A stretch of 64,000 bases of DNA from Parcubacteria bacterium C7867-007 (lineage in GTDB: Bacteria > Patescibacteriota > Minisyncoccia > Phycocordibacterales > Phycocordibacteraceae), in contig LFCQ01000002.1 of the NCBI GenBank assembly GCA_001189195.1, forward strand, positions 4,997 to 68,996, read 5' to 3'. The notes beneath the pieces are model-generated. The model worked only from the letters and a program-made list of their open reading frames with translations, was not told the DNA's origin and ran no database searches. A program made the position numbers and the translations under genes. Below, piece by piece: positions 1-10,359 of the stretch (positions within the stretch are counted from its first letter, which is position 1; the number at the start of each line of letters is the position of its first letter).

Positions 1-59
1 CATAAACTGGTGGCTGAAGCAGTTCCAGCATAACGCCCTGGTTCAACCATCGACGCAGC

Positions 60-84
60 AAACCGCCCCGGAAACGGGGCGGTT
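60..84. terminator. GC-rich hairpin (aaaccgccccggaaacggggcggtt) just 3' of the MBL gene, possible bidirectional terminator
   Basis: Perfect 10-bp stem with a GAAA loop flanked by A/T runs; sits directly downstream of the minus-strand CDS ending at 88. Confidence 0.45.
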
Positions 85-87
85 ACT

Positions 88-954
88 TTATCTTTCTGTC
101 TTTGTTTGAATGCTTGTACCGTCACTAACAAATCTAATAGTTCCTGAATCAATAGTGGAATAAATCTTTGCTCCTTCAGCGTGAATGCGCTCAAGTACTT
201 CTGGACTTGGGTGACCATATGTATTTTCCTTTCCTGCAGAGATGGCCACAATACTGGGCCGTACTTGCCCAAGCCACGCCACACTTGTTGAGTGCCTTGA
301 TCCATGGTGCCCTGCCTTTAATACATCGCTCTCTATCTCTTCTGCGCTGTATTGGCGTATTAAATAGTTTTCTTGTTCTGAAGCGAGATCACCAGTGAAC
401 AGAAAAGAGGTGTCTCCATACACCACACGCATAGCAATGGACCCAGCATTCGTCTCCCCTTTTGAGACATCTCGATCTGGGTACAAAACATCTGCGTACG
501 CGCCACCACCAAGATGAATGCGCATATCTTTGCGTGCAATGAAACTCTTTGCTTTAGTTTCTCGCAACACTGAATCATTTAGCGTAAGAGTAACAGCGGT
601 GTCATTTGGAATCCCAGGACTCATAAAGTATGAAACTCCGTATTTACTGAATACACCAGGGAGACCAGCGATATGATCTTTATCTGGATGCGTCTCAACT
701 ACCATATCGATGGATCGATCAAGTATTCCCATCTCTAGTGCAAGCTTACGAAGAACAGAGCGATCCGGACCGCCATCAATGAGCATTTGGATACCGGTAG
801 GTCCTTGTATCAAGATAGAATCTCCCTGACCAACATCAAGGATGGAGACCCGTAGCGATTGGTCCGTATGTGCAAGCACTCCCTGCCATACAAAAATAGT
901 TAGTGCAGCAACTACGAGGATGATGCATGATACTGCGCCACGAGAAACCTGCAT
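88..954 (-). CDS. Stand-alone metallo-beta-lactamase-fold hydrolase of the ComEC C-terminal type
   Basis: N-terminal TM segment; LDVGQGDSILI motif and HxHxDH-like VETHPDKDHIAG; C-terminal GHHGSRHSTS typical of the ComEC/Rec2 Lactamase_B domain. Confidence 0.7.
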   Translation of the reverse strand: MQVSRGAVSCIILVVAALTIFVWQGVLAHTDQSLRVSILDVGQGDSILIQGPTGIQMLIDGGPDRSVLRKLALEMGILDRSIDMVVETHPDKDHIAGLPGVFSKYGVSYFMSPGIPNDTAVTLTLNDSVLRETKAKSFIARKDMRIHLGGGAYADVLYPDRDVSKGETNAGSIAMRVVYGDTSFLFTGDLASEQENYLIRQYSAEEIESDVLKAGHHGSRHSTSVAWLGQVRPSIVAISAGKENTYGHPSPEVLERIHAEGAKIYSTIDSGTIRFVSDGTSIQTKTER

Positions 955-957
955 GTT

Positions 958-1311
958 TTAGTGGACTGTTTCTCCTGTTGCACCAATTGCATTGAGAATC
1001 TCATCCAACACACTCACATCTGAGAGATCAATGTGTTCTGACGCATGCGCCACATCTTCAACATAGGCACGAAAACGCGCAGACAACGCCACACCACCTT
1101 CTTCATCGAGCCAACGTTCCATAGCTTTCCCGCGAATCGAACGCTCTACATCCATAGGATGCAACTCATCAATGGATTCATCTGGGTGTAGCCGGTGATA
1201 GAACCGGAGAGCAAGCATTGCTTGAAGAGGCAGTATCACCTCTGAAAGCAAGGGGTACCTCTCCGGCATTTCAGTATGCGGAGCAGGACGTTCTGGAAGC
1301 GATTCGTTCAT
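958..1311 (-). CDS. hypothetical protein
   Basis: 117-aa ORF packed tightly between the MBL gene and the sod promoter region; no recognisable motif. Confidence 0.35.
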   Translation of the reverse strand: MNESLPERPAPHTEMPERYPLLSEVILPLQAMLALRFYHRLHPDESIDELHPMDVERSIRGKAMERWLDEEGGVALSARFRAYVEDVAHASEHIDLSDVSVLDEILNAIGATGETVH

Positions 1312-1429
1312 GTATATAAGTATATCCTGAGCTACTCCTATACTTTGAATACCTCAGATAGTGCTTAGTTTCCATTGATTTTCTACTTACTTTTAATAGG
1401 CGTATACTTAGGAAATAACCAGAACTACC

Positions 1430-2026
1430 ATGACCTACGCCCCACGCACGTTTAATCTTCCAGACCTTAAAGGACTTTCAAAGAAGCAGATAGAGGTTCA
1501 CCTTGCTCTGTATGAAGGCTACGTAAAACATACGAACCTTATTATGGAGAAAATTGAAAAGCTCCGTGAGGAAGATGCTGAGGGTAACGCATATCTTATG
1601 GCTGAGTTGCGTCGTCGTCTTGGATTTGAGTTTGATGGCATGCGCATGCATGAATACTACTTTGAGCAGTTTGAAGGAGACATGACTTCACAAGATTCAA
1701 GTCACCCCCTAACCGAAGCAGTAACAGATCGATACGGTTCATGGGAAAAATTCATTGCCCACGTAAAGGAAGTGGCTGGCACGCGTGGTATCGGCTGGAC
1801 AGTCGTGTACTACGATCCCCGTGGCCGAGTTATTCATACCGCATGGGTGAATGATCATGAGCTTGGTCAACTCGCAGGACTTCCTATCCTTCTTGCGGTT
1901 GATATGTGGGAGCACGCATATATGGTTGACTATCTTCCTGCAGACAAGAAGTCATATGTCGAAGCATTTCTTGAGAACGTAAACTGGTGTGTGCCCGAGG
2001 GACGATTCCTTGATGCCGTAACCTAA
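1430..2026 (+). CDS. sodA: Fe/Mn superoxide dismutase
   Basis: N-terminal LPDL..KKQIEVHL and the C-terminal DMWEHAYMVDY metal-binding signature of Fe/Mn SOD. Confidence 0.9.
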   Translation: MTYAPRTFNLPDLKGLSKKQIEVHLALYEGYVKHTNLIMEKIEKLREEDAEGNAYLMAELRRRLGFEFDGMRMHEYYFEQFEGDMTSQDSSHPLTEAVTDRYGSWEKFIAHVKEVAGTRGIGWTVVYYDPRGRVIHTAWVNDHELGQLAGLPILLAVDMWEHAYMVDYLPADKKSYVEAFLENVNWCVPEGRFLDAVT

Positions 2027-3552
2027 TACGCCGTTGCATAAAGATGCCTCGCACGTTCATCGTGTGGGGTATTTTTCTTTTGTCTCCATACCCACCACCC
2101 CAATAATGCGTATATGGGGATTAACCACCATGCAGAGAACGCAGGAATGATGCTATTGGCAAATGGTACTGACGCACCTACCTGCGCTATGTGAATTACA
2201 TACGTAAGGAGAATGTATGCTGGAATTCCTGCAATTAGTGCAAGTATGGGCATGAATGACGATACTGCAAAAGAGCATACTGCAGCGAGTGCCGAGGCAG
2301 CCATTGCAGCGGGCAGGACGGGCATAGCAAGAAGGTTTGCAGGTATTGCAACAAAGGAGAGATTGCCACTTTGATACAGCAGGATGGGTAGCACAGCCGC
2401 TTGTGCAGCAAGAGTTGTTGAAAGCATTTCGTGCAGCGTTGCATTCTTAATCCACAGCAACCGAGCACCAATAGGAGTTGAACCTAGTATTAGTCCAAGT
2501 GTAGCCATAAAGGATAGTTGAAGTCCCGGATCAAATACCAACAATAGTGGATTGATCAATAGCATGAGTGTGAGTGCAAGAAATAGCGCACGCAGTACGT
2601 CATAGGGGCGGTACGTACCCCGCGCCAGCAACGCAATGAGTGCCATGATTCCTGCACGCACCGCTGCAGTTCCTGCACCTGCCGCAAGTACGAACAACGT
2701 GATAACTACCGCAGCAATAGTGAGTGCAATTCTTTTGCGCACTCTGTGCAGTACCGCGAGTACCCCTTCAGCGACAATCATTACGTTATATCCAGAAAGC
2801 ACGACAATCTGCAGCATGCCCGTTACTGTGAATGCATCAAGCAGTTCTTTTCCAAGACCCTGCTTCCCTCCTGCTAATATGCCAACCGCAAGTGCACTTT
2901 CTGGTTCCGGAATGGACTGACCTATGGCACGTACAAAACCATCTTTCACGTATTCGAGACTTCTAAGAAACGAAAGCCATATGCGTGTATCTCTACCCAC
3001 TATCTGTACGTCCGCAGGTGAAGCTGATCCAAATACTCCATCCTTCGCAAGAAACTGGTCGTACCGAAACACACGACCTCCATCACTATCAAACGGTTCT
3101 GGTGCCTTAATCGTTCCGGTAACACGGACCCTATCTCCAACGTGATAGGTGTCGCGCAGTGACGCACTCGCAATGATCCGTGTACGTTCGGTTCCCTTAG
3201 TTATCTCCACTGTTAAACGGTTACTGGATTCACGAATATCAGGCGGAGAAATAATTACTCCTTCGATAACAGATTTTGTATTGAGTACTGGTTGAAATGC
3301 CCGTGAGATTTGCGTGGACGCATAGTGGGTGCGAACACTCCCAACACTAAAAGCAACCAGCGCAACTGATACCACCAACACATAGCGCAGGTTCAGTTCT
3401 AAACTTTTTCTGAAGACTATTCCTTGTATTCCACAGAAGATTCCTAGCAATAAAATTCCTATACAAACAAGCAGCGGTACCCCGAGTATCAATGACAAAA
3501 AGACACCTAGAAGGAATCCGAAAACTGCCGCATAGAAGTAATATGCGTCCAT
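2023..3552 (-). CDS. comEC: ComEC/Rec2 competence membrane channel (DUF4131 plus competence domain) lacking the MBL domain
   Basis: About ten TM helices; central OB-fold-like soluble segment; the conserved competence-domain stretch QIVVLSGYNVMIV...GAGTAAVRAGIMA. Confidence 0.75.
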   Translation of the reverse strand: MDAYYFYAAVFGFLLGVFLSLILGVPLLVCIGILLLGIFCGIQGIVFRKSLELNLRYVLVVSVALVAFSVGSVRTHYASTQISRAFQPVLNTKSVIEGVIISPPDIRESSNRLTVEITKGTERTRIIASASLRDTYHVGDRVRVTGTIKAPEPFDSDGGRVFRYDQFLAKDGVFGSASPADVQIVGRDTRIWLSFLRSLEYVKDGFVRAIGQSIPEPESALAVGILAGGKQGLGKELLDAFTVTGMLQIVVLSGYNVMIVAEGVLAVLHRVRKRIALTIAAVVITLFVLAAGAGTAAVRAGIMALIALLARGTYRPYDVLRALFLALTLMLLINPLLLVFDPGLQLSFMATLGLILGSTPIGARLLWIKNATLHEMLSTTLAAQAAVLPILLYQSGNLSFVAIPANLLAMPVLPAAMAASALAAVCSFAVSSFMPILALIAGIPAYILLTYVIHIAQVGASVPFANSIIPAFSAWWLIPIYALLGWWVWRQKKNTPHDERARHLYATAY

Positions 3553-3606
3553 GCACGAAGCATAGACGTAGAGTGTTCAAATCTCAGTAAAGAAGTTTTA
3601 AAGAAA

Positions 3607-4050
3607 CTATGACTTTCTGTCCATTGCCCTGTTCGCAAGTTCATCTGCATCCTTATTCTTCTCGCGAGGCACGTGTTCGAAGTGCACTTCTCCAAAGTTT
3701 CGAGCAAGCACATTCTTCACTTCCATGTACCGTGGAATTAAATTTGGGTGCTTCACCTTGTATGCACCTTTGAGTTGTTCAATCACTAACTTGCTATCCA
3801 TACGAATACGAAGTGACATCTGCTGAAAATATCCAGAGGGATATTCTTGATGTAGTTTCACAAGTCCCCGAAGAACTGCTTCATACTCGGCAACATTGTT
3901 GGTGGCAGTACCAAGGTAGTCAGCAACTTCCACCACTCGCTTGCCTGCAGTATCAAACACCACAGCGCCTGCTCCTGCATGTCCCGGGTTGCCCCGTGAA
4001 CCCCCATCAGCGTATAGCGTAAATTCCATGAAACCAGTATACCTGAGCAC
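3607..4050 (-). CDS. rnhA: ribonuclease HI
   Basis: YADGGSRGNPGHAGAGAV RNase H active-site motif plus downstream conserved E and D residues. Confidence 0.8.
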   Translation of the reverse strand: MLRYTGFMEFTLYADGGSRGNPGHAGAGAVVFDTAGKRVVEVADYLGTATNNVAEYEAVLRGLVKLHQEYPSGYFQQMSLRIRMDSKLVIEQLKGAYKVKHPNLIPRYMEVKNVLARNFGEVHFEHVPREKNKDADELANRAMDRKS

Positions 4051-4052
4051 TC

Positions 4053-5816
4053 CTATGCTATTGCAATCAACCGCATACGTACCGGCTGACCTCGGGTATA
4101 GGTATCTCGCTCAAGCGTACCGAGTAGCGTTGCAGGCTTTCCAATCTCTAGACGCTCATAGTCCTTTCCGAGATCCCTACGAGCAAAGAACGTAATAGCT
4201 TCTATGTCCGTACGATTGAATCCATCATCGCGTGTAACACGAACGCGAAGATGTTCCTCTCCTTTTCCGAACCATGAAACCTGTGAGACTTCACAACCCT
4301 GCAATGCAAATAATGGTTTTGGGTTATCCATACCAAATGGTGCAAGCTTCTCCGTACGCGAGAGTAGTGTAGAGAGCTGATCCGCAGAACTGATAGCGTA
4401 ATCAGCCATGGATACTCTATTTGCTAGCGATATCGGTGAGATCTTTCTAAATGCATCACAGAGATGTTCTTCAAAGGTAAATACGGCATCGTCTTTGAGT
4501 GTGAAACCTCCCGAAGCTGCATGACCTCCTGCTTCAACAAAAATATCTTCTGCTAGCGTCATCAACTCAACCACCGACACTCCTTTACGACCAGCACGAC
4601 AAGAACCCTTCGCAGTGGTGGAACCTTCACGCCCCCAAAGAAACACGGGGCGCTCATATTCTTCTGCAAGTGAGTTGGCAACTAGTCCAAGCAAGCCCGG
4701 ACGCCAGTCTGGATCTCCCATCGCAATCACTGGTGGTAGCTCACCATTATTTTCTTCTTTCTTTCGTTCAAGTCGCTCGTGCGCCGCACGGGTGACCGCA
4801 GCACCTGATGCCTTGCGGCTGCGATTTGTTTTCTCAAGTTCTTTTGCAAGCGTATCAGCTCGAGATTCGTCTGAAGTGGTGAACAGTTCAAACGCATCAC
4901 GTGGATCTCCCATTCGAGATGCGGCATTCACACGGGGAGCAATCATGAAACCAACATCATCTTCTGTAATGTATCGCTGATTCACTCGCGCAACACTACA
5001 CAGTTTTTGTAGTCCGATGCGTGGAGACTTTCGCATGACCAACAATCCATACTTCGCGATCACGCGGTTCTCACCCGTAAGAGGTACCATGTCTGCGATT
5101 GTGGAGAGGCCTGCCATGTCCAGTAGCCACTTCTCCCATCCTATTGGTATAGCATCACGACCTTTGAATCCTTTTGCGAGTACCGCGCACACAAGCTTCC
5201 ATGCAAGGCCCCCTCCACAAAAATCTCTGTACGCATTGGTCTCTCCCTCTTGCTTTGGATCAACCACCGCATAGGCAGGCGGCAGCTCCTCAGTACCATC
5301 TGCATTGCGTCGTGGAAGATGATGATCAGTAACTATGACGTCAATCCCAAGTGATTGTGCAAACGCAACATGCTCCACATCAGCAATCCCGCAGTCTACC
5401 GTGATGATGAGTGTCGTACCTTCGTCTGCAAGTTTTTGTATTCCTATTTGATTCAATCCAAATCCTTCTAAGTGACGATGCGGTATGTAGTTGGTAAAGT
5501 TTGCGCCCGCCTTCTTAAAGAAGTCATGCATGATGGTTCCACCAGGAATACCATCGCAGTCATAGTCACTCCATACGGTAATACGTTCTTGTGCATCCAC
5601 TGCATCAGCAATACGTTTCGCTGCGTGACGCATATTGAGTATTAGAAACGGATCACCAATATGTGCATCGTAGTTAGGAGAGAGAAACGCTTCTGCTGCC
5701 TCAGCACTATCGATACCACGCCTAGAAAGTAGACCTGCGGTAAAGTCGTCATAGGCTTTAAGTGCCTCACGCTTCAAGCCCTCTAGTGGTTCATGAAAAG
5801 AAAGCATCGTCTGCAC
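4053..5816 (-). CDS. recJ: single-stranded-DNA-specific exonuclease RecJ
   Basis: DHH motifs (VWSDYDCDGI, VTDHH), DHHA1 region and a C-terminal OB domain; 587 aa. Confidence 0.85.
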   Translation of the reverse strand: MQTMLSFHEPLEGLKREALKAYDDFTAGLLSRRGIDSAEAAEAFLSPNYDAHIGDPFLILNMRHAAKRIADAVDAQERITVWSDYDCDGIPGGTIMHDFFKKAGANFTNYIPHRHLEGFGLNQIGIQKLADEGTTLIITVDCGIADVEHVAFAQSLGIDVIVTDHHLPRRNADGTEELPPAYAVVDPKQEGETNAYRDFCGGGLAWKLVCAVLAKGFKGRDAIPIGWEKWLLDMAGLSTIADMVPLTGENRVIAKYGLLVMRKSPRIGLQKLCSVARVNQRYITEDDVGFMIAPRVNAASRMGDPRDAFELFTTSDESRADTLAKELEKTNRSRKASGAAVTRAAHERLERKKEENNGELPPVIAMGDPDWRPGLLGLVANSLAEEYERPVFLWGREGSTTAKGSCRAGRKGVSVVELMTLAEDIFVEAGGHAASGGFTLKDDAVFTFEEHLCDAFRKISPISLANRVSMADYAISSADQLSTLLSRTEKLAPFGMDNPKPLFALQGCEVSQVSWFGKGEEHLRVRVTRDDGFNRTDIEAITFFARRDLGKDYERLEIGKPATLLGTLERDTYTRGQPVRMRLIAIA

Positions 5817-5847
5817 AGTGTATCAAAACGCGGTATTATGCGCGCAT

Positions 5848-6261
5848 ATGGAAGATACTATTTTCACTAAGATTATCCGTCGCGAAGTTCCTGCAGATAT
5901 CGTGTATGAAGACGCAGATACCTTGGCATTTCTAGATATTAGCCCCAACAGTCCTGGCCATACCTTGGTGATCTCTAAGAAACCGTTTGTAAATATCTTC
6001 GATATTGACGATGAGACACTTGCCGCTGTAATGCGAACCGTACGAAAGATTGCCCCTGCCGTGCGTGATGCGGTAGGTGCCAAGGGTGTACACATCAACT
6101 CAAACCACGGAGAAGAGGCAGGACAGGTAGTACCACACCTGCACTTCCACATTATTCCCCGCACCATTAAAGAAGAGTTTGTCTTCTGGCCTAAGAAGGA
6201 CTATGCAAAGGGTGAGGCAGCAGCAATTGCGGAACAGATTCGTACACAACTCGCTTCTTAA
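5848..6261 (+). CDS. HIT-family (histidine triad) hydrolase
   Basis: HLHFHIIPR histidine-triad motif; the ORF opens at 5818 but the likely start is MEDTIFTKII at 5848. Confidence 0.8.
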   Translation: MEDTIFTKIIRREVPADIVYEDADTLAFLDISPNSPGHTLVISKKPFVNIFDIDDETLAAVMRTVRKIAPAVRDAVGAKGVHINSNHGEEAGQVVPHLHFHIIPRTIKEEFVFWPKKDYAKGEAAAIAEQIRTQLAS

Positions 6262-7394
6262 CCAAGTGCTTCGATACCAGGAAGTGTATCCTTTGCGAGA
6301 AAGTCGAGCATTGCACCACCACCTGTTGAGATAAAAGAGAATCGGTCACTTAGACCAAGTTTCTCTACTGCAGCAACCGTGTCACCTCCACCCAAGATGG
6401 AATATGCATTAGACTGCGCAACTGCTTTCGCAAGTCCCTCTGTCGCATCCACAAAACCTTTCTCATAGTTGCCCAAGGGACCATTCCAAAGAATGGTCTT
6501 CGCGTTTGCTGTCAGCTTAGCGAGTGCCGCTACAGTCTTGGGACCATCATCGAGTATCGCTTCATCTTCAGGAACCTCATTAATGTCCTCGGCTTCTCCA
6601 CTACTGCGTGTTGAGCCCAAAGGAGCAGTAACTTCATCAATAGGAAGCATTAAGCGCGGATTGGTCATGAGCATACGTATCTCGCGATCATCTGCATCTG
6701 AAGACAGAAGTGATGTTCCAACCGTCTTACCACTTACGCGCATAAAGTCATTTGCGAGCGCTCCACCAACAAACACACGGTCATACCGTTCAAGCAATCG
6801 AACAAGCACCGGTTCCTTTGTACTAAACTTTGCACCACCAATGATTGCCACTGAGGGAGATGCAGGGCTGAGTGCCTTGGTTAGATGTTTCACTTCTTCT
6901 TCCACCAATAATCCTGCATATGAAGGGAGAAGTTCAGGAACACCCACCACAGAAGCATGTTCACGATGACACACATCAAATGCATCCTCCACAAACACGT
7001 CTGCTAGTTCTGCGAGTGCCGTAGCGAACTTTGAATCATTCTTTGTCTCACCTGCGTTACGTCGCAAATTCTCAAGCATCAACACATCTCCGGCATTCAT
7101 TGCACGGACGGCCGCACGCGCCTCTGGTCCTGTAGAAGAAGGACAGAAGGTAATTCGTGGAATAAATGCTTTCATTGCCTCACACACAGGAGCAAGTGTT
7201 TCTGTACCCTTCTCACCTAAGTGACCAATTAGAATTACGCGTGCATGACGTGAGCGCAAGTATTCAATAGTTGGGAGTGCACTTCTCAATCTAAAAGTGT
7301 TCGCCACCTTTCCATCTGCAATAGGGACATTGAGTGATGCGCGCACTAGTACTGGAATATTTGTTAGCTCGGGAATATCACGGACGCTTCTCAT
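6258..7394 (-). CDS. pgk: phosphoglycerate kinase
   Basis: Conserved PGK N-terminus (VLVRASLNVP, IGHLG) and a C-terminal nucleotide-binding domain; likely start is the internal Met at 7394. Confidence 0.9.
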   Translation of the reverse strand: MRSVRDIPELTNIPVLVRASLNVPIADGKVANTFRLRSALPTIEYLRSRHARVILIGHLGEKGTETLAPVCEAMKAFIPRITFCPSSTGPEARAAVRAMNAGDVLMLENLRRNAGETKNDSKFATALAELADVFVEDAFDVCHREHASVVGVPELLPSYAGLLVEEEVKHLTKALSPASPSVAIIGGAKFSTKEPVLVRLLERYDRVFVGGALANDFMRVSGKTVGTSLLSSDADDREIRMLMTNPRLMLPIDEVTAPLGSTRSSGEAEDINEVPEDEAILDDGPKTVAALAKLTANAKTILWNGPLGNYEKGFVDATEGLAKAVAQSNAYSILGGGDTVAAVEKLGLSDRFSFISTGGGAMLDFLAKDTLPGIEALG

Positions 7395-7423
7395 ATACAC
7401 ATGATACCGCACCCCACATATTG

Positions 7424-8134
7424 CTACTTCACCCGCTTTGCAACGTCTTCAAACCAAAGTCGATATCCCTCAGAAGAAGGATGGAGTCCATCAGAGGCAA
7501 GATAGATTTCAGGATTATCACCAATTACTTTTGTTGCAGGTGAAATACCAAAGTTTATATATTCACCCACGCCAACGTGCTGAACTGCTTCAGCAAAAAT
7601 CTGATGATGCTGCTTATTTAGATGAGTGTGGATCCACGTGATTGGTGGTGGGAACAGCGTTGCACCACCCACATCTCCTGCAGAGATAACTATCACCTGC
7701 TCTGCATCCGGTAGCTGCCTAAGTGCCTTTTCAAGCAGCTCTCCAGACTTTTTTGCACTATGGAACTGAATAATGTCATTCCCACCAATTTGAATGAGTA
7801 TAAGGTCGTAGTGCATTAGAGATGCTTGTGCAATCTGCTCTGAAAGAGCTGCCGTTACGGCACCAGACTTCGCATGGTTCTCCACATACGTCATGTGTGC
7901 ATAAGCACTTAGTCGTCCCGCGAGAGATTCGTCTGGGGTGGTTGCACCAACACCCACTGCAGTACTATCTCCTAATACTAGGAGTGTTTTTGCTTTATCT
8001 TCAGATCGTAGTTGAAACGGAACAGCAGCATCTATAAGTTTTCGTGAGGTCTGTACCGTCGTATAAAAACGAAAGACCCAGGCTGCAATGCCGGCCACCG
8101 CGAGAACACCAAGTCCAATAAGGATGAATTTCAT
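7424..8134 (-). CDS. SGNH/GDSL-family hydrolase with N-terminal TM anchor
   Basis: LVLGDSTAVG (GDS block I), GGND (block III) and DGLHP (block V). Confidence 0.7.
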   Translation of the reverse strand: MKFILIGLGVLAVAGIAAWVFRFYTTVQTSRKLIDAAVPFQLRSEDKAKTLLVLGDSTAVGVGATTPDESLAGRLSAYAHMTYVENHAKSGAVTAALSEQIAQASLMHYDLILIQIGGNDIIQFHSAKKSGELLEKALRQLPDAEQVIVISAGDVGGATLFPPPITWIHTHLNKQHHQIFAEAVQHVGVGEYINFGISPATKVIGDNPEIYLASDGLHPSSEGYRLWFEDVAKRVK

Positions 8135-8138
8135 CCTG

Positions 8139-8888
8139 TTATGATACCGCTTTTACGAGAGCCGTGAAGTTTTGAACATCAACACTTGCATGCCCGATAA
8201 GGAATCCATCTACACCACTTCCTGCTGCAAGCATGCGCACATTCCCTGGTTCAACTGAACCACCATACAAGATTTGATTTGAAGACATATAGTCGCCAAG
8301 TACTTTTCGTATATACAAGATCATTTCTGCAAGATCTCCCGGTGCTATAGCATCAGAGGCGTGCAAGCCAATTGCCCAGATGGGTTCGTATGCAACAATG
8401 ATCTTGATACGCTCCTGCGGTGTTAGTCCAGAAAATACTGCCGCTAATTGTGCGCGTATGAACTGAAGATATTGCGCATCACTATCACGCTCACGCTCAC
8501 CAATACAAAGGACAGGAGTCATTCCATGTGCAAGTGTGTGCTGGACCTTAGAAAAGATGATTTGATCACTCTCACCACGTGCACGTCGTTCAGAATGGCC
8601 AAGGATTACATACCGTGCACCGATACCAAAAGCAGCTGCAGCCGTCACCTCCCCTGTTTCTGCACCACCGGTTGAATTTGATATATCCTGAAGTGCAAAA
8701 GAAACTTTTGATCGGTTACCAGGAGCAAGCAATCCCACATGAGGTGCTGACGGTGCGAGGATAATACGAACACCCTTTCTTCCTGCAAGACGTTTTGCGG
8801 AAGCAAATAGTGCCTTCGCCTTTTGCGGGCTCTCAATATAGGCTTTCCAGTTACCTACGAATATCATGCTGATAATCGTAGCATGCAA
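8139..8888 (-). CDS. tpiA: triose-phosphate isomerase
   Basis: VGNWKAY, ILGHSERR and IAYEPIWAIG signature motifs. Confidence 0.9.
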   Translation of the reverse strand: MHATIISMIFVGNWKAYIESPQKAKALFASAKRLAGRKGVRIILAPSAPHVGLLAPGNRSKVSFALQDISNSTGGAETGEVTAAAAFGIGARYVILGHSERRARGESDQIIFSKVQHTLAHGMTPVLCIGERERDSDAQYLQFIRAQLAAVFSGLTPQERIKIIVAYEPIWAIGLHASDAIAPGDLAEMILYIRKVLGDYMSSNQILYGGSVEPGNVRMLAAGSGVDGFLIGHASVDVQNFTALVKAVS

Positions 8889-8891
8889 GAA

Positions 8892-10358
8892 CTATTCCTC
8901 TTGCCAGTCGACAAACTTATAAATGGTTGAGGTTATTGGTGTGAATGGAGGCGGGTTGGTGGAGAGCCCTCTATCAAAGGCATCAATGCGAGACATATAC
9001 CCAGACCATCTAAGGCCGCTACAGCCATACCCAGAGTAGTACCAGAGCGTATCGCTACGTTTGTTCGCAACGGTAGTGCCGTGTATAGAAAGAGCTCCTC
9101 GAATATCATTCGGTGCATTACCGCATGGATAAAGGTTCCTACCGAATGAACCGGATTGTGCAATGAACACACCACTTATATTCATATTGAATGGTGAGTT
9201 GGGTGGAATGAGAACGTCGTTCTCTGCAATGGCCGTGAGCCCAGAGATGCCACTTGGATTACTGTATGTAATATCTCCTGGAAGATAAATGTTCGGTGCA
9301 ATACCGGGCGTTGTAACATTCGCAGCAATGACTGTTACTGAACTTGGAATCGTTCCTTCAATCCAGGTATTATCTTCAACGAAAATGAGACCACAGCTTG
9401 AAGACAGCGGGTAGGTATTCACGAGTGTCTGTGTGGCAATACGTGAATAGTCTGCCTGGAGTGATGTGACACTAGGATTACTTATTGGAATAGAAGGGGT
9501 GTTGGTCTCGTTCGTCACACGGTACACCGTTACCGTTCCTGCTGCATTAAATACAAGATGGTATCCCCTACCTGCTGCCGCACCTGTGGTGCCGGAACTC
9601 GTACGAGCGAAGTACAGTGCACCGCCCCCTGCTTGAGCAAGTGTTTTAAGACTCGTGAAGTCTGCTGCAATCGCAGCAAAGTCTACCTGCGGTGTTGGAT
9701 AGCTCCAGTATTCAGGGTGCGGACCAGTACCAAATACCCCTGGTCTAGCCACTGAAGGAGAGCAGCCAAAGCTTGCCGTACAGGTCCATGTTGAAAGTGA
9801 GCTTGTTACGGATGAATTCGCAACACCATCTAGACGCACACCACCATTTGTATGGTACGGACCATTAATGATACGTTCGTCGCTTGCCCAGTCACTGCTA
9901 TTAAGCACATAGGAATACTCCGCTACGGTTGGCTGTGCGTATTTCGCATAGAGAGTACGGGAAACATTTGAACCGTCATTTGGTGACCCTGTTGAGGTGA
10001 TATCGATAGAACGGATCTGGCCACAAGCAAGATGTCCGGCTATATCAAGCTCAATAGTTCCCGCGGGTCCTCCTTCAGGGTCAACAAATGGAAGTGTGTA
10101 TGGTCCTGGTACACCCGTACCGTTTTGGAGATCTGTGGGGAAGTGTGCAAGATGCCAGCGGTAGTATTCAAGCCCCGCTTCAGCCATAGCAAGCGCTTTA
10201 CTACGACCAGTACTCGCGCTTTGTGCATGATTCTCTGTGAGTACAAAACTTGAGAGTGAGCCAAGCACGGTAAGAAAGATTGAACCGAATACAAGTGCAA
10301 GCAACATCAAATACCCTCCTCGTGGATGTTTGTGTATATAGTGTGCATTTCGATTCAT
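8892..10358 (-). CDS. large pilin-like / pilus-associated protein (PilX/PilY-like candidate)
   Basis: Hydrophobic pseudopilin-like N-terminus (GGYLMLLALVFGSIFLTVLG) followed by a large Ser/Thr/Gly-rich ectodomain; last gene of a three-gene pilin-like operon. Confidence 0.45.
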   Translation of the reverse strand: MNRNAHYIHKHPRGGYLMLLALVFGSIFLTVLGSLSSFVLTENHAQSASTGRSKALAMAEAGLEYYRWHLAHFPTDLQNGTGVPGPYTLPFVDPEGGPAGTIELDIAGHLACGQIRSIDITSTGSPNDGSNVSRTLYAKYAQPTVAEYSYVLNSSDWASDERIINGPYHTNGGVRLDGVANSSVTSSLSTWTCTASFGCSPSVARPGVFGTGPHPEYWSYPTPQVDFAAIAADFTSLKTLAQAGGGALYFARTSSGTTGAAAGRGYHLVFNAAGTVTVYRVTNETNTPSIPISNPSVTSLQADYSRIATQTLVNTYPLSSSCGLIFVEDNTWIEGTIPSSVTVIAANVTTPGIAPNIYLPGDITYSNPSGISGLTAIAENDVLIPPNSPFNMNISGVFIAQSGSFGRNLYPCGNAPNDIRGALSIHGTTVANKRSDTLWYYSGYGCSGLRWSGYMSRIDAFDRGLSTNPPPFTPITSTIYKFVDWQEE

Positions 10359-10359
10359 A

